In this document: positions 28,703 to 36,570 of the stretch, in pieces
Numbering within the stretch: the first letter of the stretch is position 1
Layout of the letters: each line of letters starts with the position of its first letter
Sequence record: MH791398.1
Direction: 5' to 3' (one strand)
Length of the DNA: 64,000 nt
The notes under the pieces: model-generated
What the model was told of the DNA's origin: nothing
Databases searched by the model: none
The model's input: the letters and a program-made list of their open reading frames with translations, nothing else
Translations under genes and position numbers: made by a program

Positions 28703-30532
28703 ATGAATCTTTATAAAGAAGTAATGGAAATTGTTCACGATTCTTCGTCCGGTTTGGCTAAAGAAAATGCAAATAAAGATCTGAAAATATTCGTGACGAA
28801 GAGAGATGCGCTTGCTTCTGCTGTTAGTAAAGAATTTGCAAAAGAATTTATTCCGGTTGATGTTCTGGAAGCACACAATGAAGGTATCATCCACTATCAT
28901 GATCTTGGATATAGTCCTCTCCTACCGTTCTTTAATTGTATGCTGATCAACGTAAAGGATATGTTCGACAAAGGGTTCACTATGTCTAGTGCTAAGATCA
29001 GTAAACCTAAGAACATTAAAACAGCAACTACCCTCATTTCTCAGATCATATGCTCTGTTGCTAATCACATATACGGTGGTAATACTGTCGCGGATATTGA
29101 TATTCTCTTAGCTGAATATGTGAAAATGGATTATGACAAACTTTGTAACGAAGCTGATTATTATAAAATCCCAGACAAACATTCCTACGTAGAAAATAAA
29201 ATCAGAAAGATTGTATATGATGCGATCCAAACACTGGAATATCAGATTAATTCATTAAGTACTTCACAGGGTCAAACCCCGTTTACCACATTGTCTTTCG
29301 GATTGGGGGATACCCCAGAAGCAAAATTGATCCAAGAAACAATTTTACAAGTTAGAATCGATGGTCTTGGTTCCGATAATGAAACTCCTGTATTTCCAAA
29401 GCTGGTATTCATCCTTAAAGATGGTCATAATCTTAAACCATCGGATCCTTTCTATGACGTAAAGCTGAAAGCCTTACTATGTTCCTCAAAAAGGATGTAT
29501 CCGGATATCATCAGTTATGACCAAGTTGTAAAGGTTACTGGTGGACTGGTCTCCCCTATGGGATGTAGAAGTTACCTAAATCCATGGAAAAACGAGCATG
29601 GTGAATATGAATATAATGGTCGTCAAAATCTTGGAGTTGTAACGCTGAACCTCCCTAGGATCGCCCTAGAAGTTGGTGGAGATAAGAAATTGTTCTTTGC
29701 CCTTCTTGAGGAACGAATGGAATTGGTGAAGAAAGCTCTTGTATCGCGTATAGAGAGATTTAAAGGTGTTAAAGCATCGTGTGCCCCCATATTGTATATG
29801 AATGGTGCTGTAGCTCGTTTAAACGCAAATGATGAGATATATCCTCTTTTCCAAAACGGGCGTTCTTCCGTTTCCTGTGGGTATATTGGTTTGCATGAAG
29901 TAAGTGAGATTGTGAAATTCAATGATGATTCTCACATTTTCGGAAACGAAGAAAAGAAAGAATTTTGTATTTCTATTCTTCGAAAGATGAAATATATAAC
30001 AGACCGGTGGACAGATGAAACGGGCTTTGCATTTTCATTATATGGAACACCTTCCGAATCTCTTTGTAAGCGTTTCGTTGATATCGACGAAACGAAATAT
30101 CCTCATATGGTTCATGAAAAAGGATATTACACGAATAGTTTCCATCTTGACGTTGAGTATAAAACAGACCCATACCACAAGATCCTGTTTGAACGAGATT
30201 TCATTACATATTCGAAAGGTGGCTTTATTTCATATGGTGAATTCCCAAATATGAAAAATAACTTAAAGGCACTTGAAGATGTTTGGGATTTTGCGTATCA
30301 AAATACCCCGTATTATGGGACAAATACCCCAATCGACCAGTGTTTTGATTGTGGTTATCATGGGGAAATGGTTCCTACATCCAAGGGTTATGAATGCCCA
30401 TCATGTGGAAACCACGATGGTAGTAAATTGGATGTTAAGCGTAGAGTTTGTGGATATCTTGGTGATGTAGAAAAACGTCCGCTGAACGAAGGTAAACATA
30501 AAGAATCCATCAGAAGGGTAAAACATCTATGA
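28703..30532 (+). CDS. nrdD: Class III anaerobic NTP reductase
   Basis: KENANKD, HYHDL, QGQTPF, MGCRS, Zn CxxC pairs, glycyl-radical RRVCGYL. Confidence 0.96.
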   Translation: MNLYKEVMEIVHDSSSGLAKENANKDLKIFVTKRDALASAVSKEFAKEFIPVDVLEAHNEGIIHYHDLGYSPLLPFFNCMLINVKDMFDKGFTMSSAKISKPKNIKTATTLISQIICSVANHIYGGNTVADIDILLAEYVKMDYDKLCNEADYYKIPDKHSYVENKIRKIVYDAIQTLEYQINSLSTSQGQTPFTTLSFGLGDTPEAKLIQETILQVRIDGLGSDNETPVFPKLVFILKDGHNLKPSDPFYDVKLKALLCSSKRMYPDIISYDQVVKVTGGLVSPMGCRSYLNPWKNEHGEYEYNGRQNLGVVTLNLPRIALEVGGDKKLFFALLEERMELVKKALVSRIERFKGVKASCAPILYMNGAVARLNANDEIYPLFQNGRSSVSCGYIGLHEVSEIVKFNDDSHIFGNEEKKEFCISILRKMKYITDRWTDETGFAFSLYGTPSESLCKRFVDIDETKYPHMVHEKGYYTNSFHLDVEYKTDPYHKILFERDFITYSKGGFISYGEFPNMKNNLKALEDVWDFAYQNTPYYGTNTPIDQCFDCGYHGEMVPTSKGYECPSCGNHDGSKLDVKRRVCGYLGDVEKRPLNEGKHKESIRRVKHL

Positions 30533-31002
30533 AAATTATTGACTATAAGTCAGTTGATGTGGTGAACGGGTTTGGAACCCGTTCTTCAATTTGGTTCTCT
30601 GGTTGCGACCATATGTGTAAAGGTTGCTTCTCAAAAAACACTTGGAATTATGATAATGGGTCTGACATTGACATTTATAAACTAGTTGACAATGACATGA
30701 ACGACCCAATTATAAAGCGGGATGGTATTTCCTTGCTGGGTGGGGATCCTTTATTTCACAAGAATCGTGGTGGGGTTCTTAGATTCGTTGCTTGGTTCAA
30801 AGATAAATACCCCGAAAAAACGATCTGGATGTGGACAGGGTATACAAAAGATGAAATCTCAAAAGATGTATCCATGTGTGGTATAATCAGGTTCATAGAC
30901 GTACTAATCGATGGGAAATTTGAAGAAGATAAGAAAGACCCAGACCTTAAATGGCGAGGTTCGTCTAATCAAATTATACATCTACTCAATAAGGAAAAAT
31001 AA
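30529..31002 (+). CDS. nrdG: NrdD activase (radical SAM)
   Basis: DVVNG.G.R..IWFSGCDHMCKGC, GISLLGGDPL, WRGSSNQ. Confidence 0.95.
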   Translation: MKIIDYKSVDVVNGFGTRSSIWFSGCDHMCKGCFSKNTWNYDNGSDIDIYKLVDNDMNDPIIKRDGISLLGGDPLFHKNRGGVLRFVAWFKDKYPEKTIWMWTGYTKDEISKDVSMCGIIRFIDVLIDGKFEEDKKDPDLKWRGSSNQIIHLLNKEK

Positions 31003-31003
31003 A

Positions 31004-31273
31004 ATGATTACCATTTTTGGTTTCGACCCTGATAATTACAAATGTGTCCCGTGCATCAAAGCGAAAAAATTTGCAGATACGAAAAAGCTTGATTACGTTT
31101 TCAAACCAATTCTAAAAACCGGTACATCAGAAGAATCTCGTTCCAATAAGAAGGAACTCGGGGAACGTCGTAAAGCACTTGGTCTTGAAATTACAGGTTT
31201 CACCATGCCACAAATTTTCATTGGTGATGTTCTTATTGGTGGCTTTGATGAGTTGAGAAATTATGAATTCTGA
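31004..31273 (+). CDS. nrdC: Glutaredoxin/thioredoxin NrdC
   Basis: IFGFDPDNYKCVPC..TMPQIF..IGGFDELRNY matches T4 NrdC; start adjusted. Confidence 0.9.
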   Translation: MITIFGFDPDNYKCVPCIKAKKFADTKKLDYVFKPILKTGTSEESRSNKKELGERRKALGLEITGFTMPQIFIGDVLIGGFDELRNYEF

Positions 31274-31487
31274 TATCATTCTACCAAACCTGAATTACTC
31301 TAAACTGACATATGACAGTGTGTTTTCTTTCTTTTATGGTCGCAAATTCAGACTCATTGATCTGAATACGTTAGAATTGATTATCCATCATATGAATGAA
31401 AACTATCCATCTAATGAGGATATTCCTAGGCTAGTCTCTTGGCATTCTGCATTGCGAAACGGGTTTGCTATGAGAGGTGAGTTGTAA
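31263..31487 (+). CDS. Hypothetical protein (74 aa)
   Basis: Overlapping ORF within nrd operon. Confidence 0.55.
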   Translation: MNSDIILPNLNYSKLTYDSVFSFFYGRKFRLIDLNTLELIIHHMNENYPSNEDIPRLVSWHSALRNGFAMRGEL

Positions 31488-31768
31488 TGTTTGTTGAAAT
31501 CTATGGAGTTCCGGAAGATATTGCAAAATGCGCCGGTTGTATCGACTCTATTAGATTTTGTATTGAAAACGGGTATGAATATGAACTCATACCCGTTCTT
31601 TCTAAATCTAATAATAGTTTGGGATTTGATTATATAATCGAAAAATTTGATGAAATAAAAACCAGAGCAAATCTTCCATATCGTCCTACATCATTTCCTA
31701 GAATATTTGTTGATGGTCGATATATTGGGTCTCTGAAACAATTAAGGGACTTATATGGCGATCATTAG
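31487..31768 (+). CDS. nrdH: Glutaredoxin NrdH
   Basis: VEIYGVPEDIAKCAGC..SFPRIFVDG..IG resembles T4 NrdH. Confidence 0.85.
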   Translation: MFVEIYGVPEDIAKCAGCIDSIRFCIENGYEYELIPVLSKSNNSLGFDYIIEKFDEIKTRANLPYRPTSFPRIFVDGRYIGSLKQLRDLYGDH

Positions 31769-32360
31769 AAAAGAACAAGACTGGGAAGTAAAAGAGAAAC
31801 TGACCGAAAGTGATATACAAGGGTATTTTGGTACGTATTTTCCAATGCAGAAGAAGTACGACCTGATAGTACCAAACTGCTTTTACACCCATGACCTAGA
31901 AGCTGATTTGTTGGCCTTTAGGAAAAGCGGGTTTCGGGATGAGTTTGAGATCAAGATCAGTAGAGCCGATTTCAAGAACGACGCCAAGAAAATGGTTAAA
32001 ATTTGGCCTGAGAGAGATAACGGTAGAAGATACAAAGCCGACCTTGAAGAGATGACCAAATATGAAGCACTAGAAAAAGGTAGACTTCTCAACTATTTCT
32101 GGTATATTGTTCCACATGGATTGATAACCCCAGAAGAAATACCTACATTTGCCGGATTGATGTATATAGAAACTGTCAATAGACACAATCAAAAATATCA
32201 ATTTAGGGTAATTAAAGACGCCAAGCGTCTCCATGGTAATAAATCTTCACAAGAAGACTATGACAAGTCTCTCAGGAAACTTGGGTATCGTTATTGGAAT
32301 CTTGTTGAAAAGAACATAAAAAATAAGCATGATGGAAAGCAAAATGAAATTGACTCGTGA
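31755..32360 (+). CDS. PD-(D/E)xK nuclease-like protein (MmcB-like)
   Basis: EADLL..G...EFEIKISRADFKND..K, NYFWYIVP..LI..EEIP..AGL. Confidence 0.6.
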   Translation: MAIIRKEQDWEVKEKLTESDIQGYFGTYFPMQKKYDLIVPNCFYTHDLEADLLAFRKSGFRDEFEIKISRADFKNDAKKMVKIWPERDNGRRYKADLEEMTKYEALEKGRLLNYFWYIVPHGLITPEEIPTFAGLMYIETVNRHNQKYQFRVIKDAKRLHGNKSSQEDYDKSLRKLGYRYWNLVEKNIKNKHDGKQNEIDS

Positions 32361-32604
32361 AAATTATATTAGTATCCAGAACTTGTGCAAGCGACACATT
32401 ATTGAGAGCGTTGAAGTTCGGATCGAAAATAAAAATATTGTTACTGAAAAATTCCTAGACGTTATTGTTAACTTCATGGCAAAAGAAACTGCACATATTG
32501 GAAATATCCACAAGAACAAATTACGCGAAATTGCGGTTGGGTATATTCTTGAGGTATATGGCGCGGAGTCTTTTGGAGTTGATAATGGGATCGCTAAACG
32601 TTGA
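32344..32604 (+). CDS. Hypothetical protein
   Basis: Overlapping ORF in operon; start may be 32329. Confidence 0.55.
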   Translation: MKLTRENYISIQNLCKRHIIESVEVRIENKNIVTEKFLDVIVNFMAKETAHIGNIHKNKLREIAVGYILEVYGAESFGVDNGIAKR

Positions 32605-34039
32605 GATTTTGACATCGGTCCCCGGTAGTGGAAAAACAAAAGCAATTCTAAAACATGTTGGTCGGAGTCGAAAACCGACCATTATTGCATCAATTTCCTG
32701 TCAGTTATCTAAGCAATCTTATGATTTCTTTACAATGACCCTTGGTTATGATAACGCAATCATCTTAGATACTGACAATATTAAAAAACGGGCATCGGTA
32801 TATGATTCTATAAAGGAATCTATTGGGAAGTATCGGGTTATTTTTATTACCCATTCGGCATTAATGAACTTTCCTCATTTTGATTTATTTGAAGGTCATG
32901 AGCTTTATATAGATGAAGTTCCTGATATGGTCGATCTTCGTCAGGTTCAATTCAAGACAAACATCGACGTTGTTTCAAGATACTGTGACATTGCTAGTAA
33001 TGGTCGTATGACCGTCGTGGAAAAGCATAGAAAGACTCTTGAAGAAATTGCTATGGATGGTATGCATAACCTAGACGTCGTGTCTAATAGTGTATTCCCT
33101 TTGGTTAAAGCACTATTAACTGACATCCCAGTAATTATTAAGGATAGCTGTGCTTATTTTGTTGAAGATATGAGTACCCAATCATGGGAATTGTTTACAA
33201 AAATCACAATTGCTTGTGCAAATTTTCGAGAAACATTTACGGGTGTTGTTCTTAAAGAATATGCGGGTTGGGAATTTGTAGAAAGTCCTTTGGTTTCCGA
33301 TTTGGATTTCAGAAACTACAAGAACACTCAACGAATTGAGATCATACCTATGTATGACGGGAATTGGTCTCGATATGCATCCGATATAGAAATTGGTGGT
33401 GAAACCGTATACAACAAAGTAAAAGATATTGTTTATAATGTTGTTGGTCCAGTTAATTACATATACACAACAAACTCATATAGAGGTCCGTTGAATGGTG
33501 GGACTAAGATCCCATATAACCCACATGGGATGAACAATTATATGAACTTTTCAACTGCGGTTGCGTTATTCTCTTATAACCCAAGCCCATGGCAGTTGGA
33601 GTTGTTGAAGTCTCTTAGTTATAATCAGGGTCTGGATGTAGACCATCTGACAAACGCATTCTTGGTTTCGAAATATCTAGAGCCAGCTTTCCAACTTTGT
33701 TTGAGAACTGACATTCGAAATAATAAAAGTATGTCTCCGGTTAGGCTTATTGTTCCTGATATGAGGGTTGCTGAATATCTCAAGAATAAGTATCTTCCAG
33801 ACGCAAATATCGATTGTTCATTGATGATTTTCGCAGAAAAGGAAAGAAAGCCAAGAAAGAAAGAAACTACCCCAAGAGCTAGGAAAGAGAGTTTTAAATC
33901 TATATTCGGTCTTGATAATAAAGAGCAATCCGCATTGTCATATTATCAAAAGCAGATCGGACGTAAATTATCTGTCTTGGAACCAACCGATATTGCTTTG
34001 GTTTCTGATTGGATTTCTACCCGTCGTAAATCAAAATAA
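32585..34039 (+). CDS. P-loop helicase-like protein without a T4 counterpart
   Basis: Walker A SVPGSGKT, FITH, Walker B LYIDE, AFQLCLRTDIR; basic C-terminus; start adjusted to SD GGAG. Confidence 0.65.
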   Translation: MGSLNVEILTSVPGSGKTKAILKHVGRSRKPTIIASISCQLSKQSYDFFTMTLGYDNAIILDTDNIKKRASVYDSIKESIGKYRVIFITHSALMNFPHFDLFEGHELYIDEVPDMVDLRQVQFKTNIDVVSRYCDIASNGRMTVVEKHRKTLEEIAMDGMHNLDVVSNSVFPLVKALLTDIPVIIKDSCAYFVEDMSTQSWELFTKITIACANFRETFTGVVLKEYAGWEFVESPLVSDLDFRNYKNTQRIEIIPMYDGNWSRYASDIEIGGETVYNKVKDIVYNVVGPVNYIYTTNSYRGPLNGGTKIPYNPHGMNNYMNFSTAVALFSYNPSPWQLELLKSLSYNQGLDVDHLTNAFLVSKYLEPAFQLCLRTDIRNNKSMSPVRLIVPDMRVAEYLKNKYLPDANIDCSLMIFAEKERKPRKKETTPRARKESFKSIFGLDNKEQSALSYYQKQIGRKLSVLEPTDIALVSDWISTRRKSK

Positions 34040-34091
34040 AAAACATGCATACTGTGTGTTATAATAAATCATAAAACGATGAGGTGTAATA

Positions 34092-34643
34092 ATGGCTGTA
34101 TACGTAGATAATCAAAAACTGATTGCTGATATAGTTCAGTGGAAAAAAGACCGAGAAGACCCAACGAAAAAAATGTCTGATTCTCTCGGCGAAGCAATAA
34201 TGAATATTGTACAAGGATGTACAGAGTATTATAGATTTAGACGAATGACCCCGATATGGAAAGAAAACCTTGTGCTCGAAGCACAAGAGATCCTTATCAG
34301 AAAAATCCATAAATTTGACGAAAAGTCCTTTGGTAATGCACACGCTTATGTTACAATGATTGCAATGCGGGCATTCTTTGACGAACTAAAGAGAGAGAAG
34401 AAAAAGGAAGCTACCAAAAACCGATATTTCGTTGAATGTGTTTACGATTCAGACGACGACGATATGGCTGAAATGGTAGACCCCGATTTTTATCTTGACT
34501 TGGTTGGTAAAGTCAACGAATATGAAGAATCTATAAAGAAAGCGGATAAAGAAAAAGAAGAACAAGTCGGGGAACTTGATTGGCTATATGATTACGAAGA
34601 AAGTCAAGAGGATGACGACAATGAAACGTTACCTAACAATTGA
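34092..34643 (+). CDS. 55: Late sigma factor
   Basis: YVDNQKL..I..WK, LGEAIMNI, FDEKSFGNAHAYVTMIA..AFF..K.EKK, YDSDDDDM..D..F. Confidence 0.93.
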   Translation: MAVYVDNQKLIADIVQWKKDREDPTKKMSDSLGEAIMNIVQGCTEYYRFRRMTPIWKENLVLEAQEILIRKIHKFDEKSFGNAHAYVTMIAMRAFFDELKREKKKEATKNRYFVECVYDSDDDDMAEMVDPDFYLDLVGKVNEYEESIKKADKEKEEQVGELDWLYDYEESQEDDDNETLPNN

Positions 34644-34842
34644 TCTTCTTGATTTACTTGAATATAGTGAATACGACATAAAAGCAATGCAATATATCCT
34701 CATGGTGGAATTGAAAAGTTCTGGGTTTCCAATCGACTTCGATTATACAAACCCACATAATCCAAAACCATCTCTTGTTCGTGGTACAATTAAAACAGAA
34801 TCAACCGATAATATAAAACTGGAATATAAATTCGATGAATGA
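34621..34842 (+). CDS. Hypothetical protein (positional a-gt.5 equivalent)
   Basis: ORF between 55 and a-gt.4; position only. Confidence 0.5.
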   Translation: MKRYLTIDLLDLLEYSEYDIKAMQYILMVELKSSGFPIDFDYTNPHNPKPSLVRGTIKTESTDNIKLEYKFDE

Positions 34843-35233
34843 ACAACAAGAATTGTCTACTGTAGTAGATGAAGTTATTGAAGAAAATAACTCTGATGTG
34901 AAACTGACTGAATATCAACAAAAGATGGTAGAGAAGTTGGCTAAAAAACACTATAAGAAGCATGAAAAAGAAATCAAACGTCTTAGCTCCCACGCTCGCG
35001 ACTGTCTGATCACTGCGAATAAAGAAGGTTATATCTATTCCATTGAGAAACTTCGTTTTATCTCACAGCAACCAAAGCTGGACCGCGAGACTCTAGAAAC
35101 TCTGTACTTGACTTCGAAACAACAAACAGATAAAATTCTGTTCGATGCTTTCAAACAAGCTGAACAAGCTGAACAAGAAACATATCTAGTGCCACAGTCT
35201 GAGGGTAAAACAACCCCAGTATGTGCAGCTTAA
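34835..35233 (+). CDS. a-gt.4: a-gt.4-like protein
   Basis: VEKLAKK..KKHEKEIKRL..HA..YIYSIEKLR. Confidence 0.75.
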   Translation: MNEQQELSTVVDEVIEENNSDVKLTEYQQKMVEKLAKKHYKKHEKEIKRLSSHARDCLITANKEGYIYSIEKLRFISQQPKLDRETLETLYLTSKQQTDKILFDAFKQAEQAEQETYLVPQSEGKTTPVCAA

Positions 35234-35242
35234 TGAACCACC

Positions 35243-35272
35243 AGACCCATCCTAAACCGGGTGGGTCTTTTT
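35243..35272 (+). terminator. Terminator
   Basis: AGACCCATCC-TAAACC-GGGTGGGTCT + TTTT. Confidence 0.75.
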
Positions 35273-35287
35273 GATTATGAGGTTAAA

Positions 35288-36319
35288 ATGAAGACTATAA
35301 AGTGTGGTGATACCCATTTGGGAGAAGCCAAGGACAGTCCATATATCCAGAAAGCACAGAAGCTGTTTTTTAAACAGATGTGTGATTATGCAAAAGAAAA
35401 TGGGATCCGTGTACTTCTTCAAGCCGGGGACTGGTTTGATGTGCGGAGTGGTGTAACTCAGGAAACCTTGCGCTTTATGCGTGAAGAAATTCGACCTATG
35501 CTCGCAGACGCATTTGATGTAATCCATGTTATACCGGGTAACCATGATTGCCATTACAAAAATACGGTCATGCCTAATTCCGTTCATGAAAATTTTGGTC
35601 ACGACCCGTTATTCAAGATTTATAATGAACCAACCACTATTTTGCTTGGTTCTCTGATGTTTGATATGATCCCTTGGGAATGCAAAGAAAACAAAGAGCA
35701 GATTCGAGAGTTCATCAAGAATAGTGCATCTCAATATTCTATGGGTCACTGGGAGCTGATGGGTTTTGACTTCTATTCTGGTATCCCCGCGATTCATGGT
35801 GAAGATAAAGAGTTTCTGAGTAAGTATAAAACTGCATTCTCCGGTCATTATCACACAGCCAGTAAGAAGGGTAACGTCCATTACCTTGGAACCCCATACA
35901 CGATTACCATGAACGATTGTAATGATGTTCGAGGCTTCTATGTGTTCGATACAGATACCGAGGAACTTGAATTCGTCCCAAACGAAAACATGTGGCATAT
36001 CAAGGTAAATTATGAAGATGTGGACAAAAAAGATGTTAGCATGTACACAGATAAATGTGTTATGCTGGTAATCCATAAATCTGATAAAGAACTCGATGCT
36101 ACTCTTACCGCACTTGAAGCTGTGGTAGAAAAACTGAATCAAAAGAACTTGGAAGATTTTTCAGGTGCTATCGATGATGCAGACGAAAAAGACCTAGAAG
36201 TAAAAACAATTGATGTCCTTATCAAGGAATATATTAACTCTATGGATCTTGATGAGAAAGAGCGTGATCATGCAATGAAATACGCCAGTCGTCTTTTTAT
36301 AGAAGCGAACAACTCATGA
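35288..36319 (+). CDS. 47: Recombination endonuclease subunit (Mre11/SbcD-like)
   Basis: GDTHLG, QAGDWFD, PGNHD, MGHWEL.GF, SGHYH, YLGTPY. Confidence 0.95.
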   Translation: MKTIKCGDTHLGEAKDSPYIQKAQKLFFKQMCDYAKENGIRVLLQAGDWFDVRSGVTQETLRFMREEIRPMLADAFDVIHVIPGNHDCHYKNTVMPNSVHENFGHDPLFKIYNEPTTILLGSLMFDMIPWECKENKEQIREFIKNSASQYSMGHWELMGFDFYSGIPAIHGEDKEFLSKYKTAFSGHYHTASKKGNVHYLGTPYTITMNDCNDVRGFYVFDTDTEELEFVPNENMWHIKVNYEDVDKKDVSMYTDKCVMLVIHKSDKELDATLTALEAVVEKLNQKNLEDFSGAIDDADEKDLEVKTIDVLIKEYINSMDLDEKERDHAMKYASRLFIEANNS

Positions 36320-36570
36320 TAGATGTATATCGAATATGTACTTTTCTCCGAGAAGCAAACGAAGATGATGATGGGCTTGGGTGGTATGATACATCACCCA
36401 GCGTAATGGTAGTTGATGGTGTTATTATTATCCAGATTCAATATTATGGTGATGATGGGAAACTATATCAAATCGTGAGACGATATGACGAGAAAGATAT
36501 GGTAGAGGATCATATGATTCGGTATAACATCCAACAAATTTGTAATGAACTTATTGAGGCTATGAGTTAA
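36316..36570 (+). CDS. Hypothetical acidic protein between 47 and 46
   Basis: Overlapping ORF, positional 46.1/46.2 equivalent. Confidence 0.6.
   Translation: MIDVYRICTFLREANEDDDGLGWYDTSPSVMVVDGVIIIQIQYYGDDGKLYQIVRRYDEKDMVEDHMIRYNIQQICNELIEAMS

Noticed and set aside
25220-30532. Group I introns, inteins or mobE in nrdA, nrdB, nrdD
   Set aside because: All are uninterrupted ORFs of normal length with catalytic motifs in order
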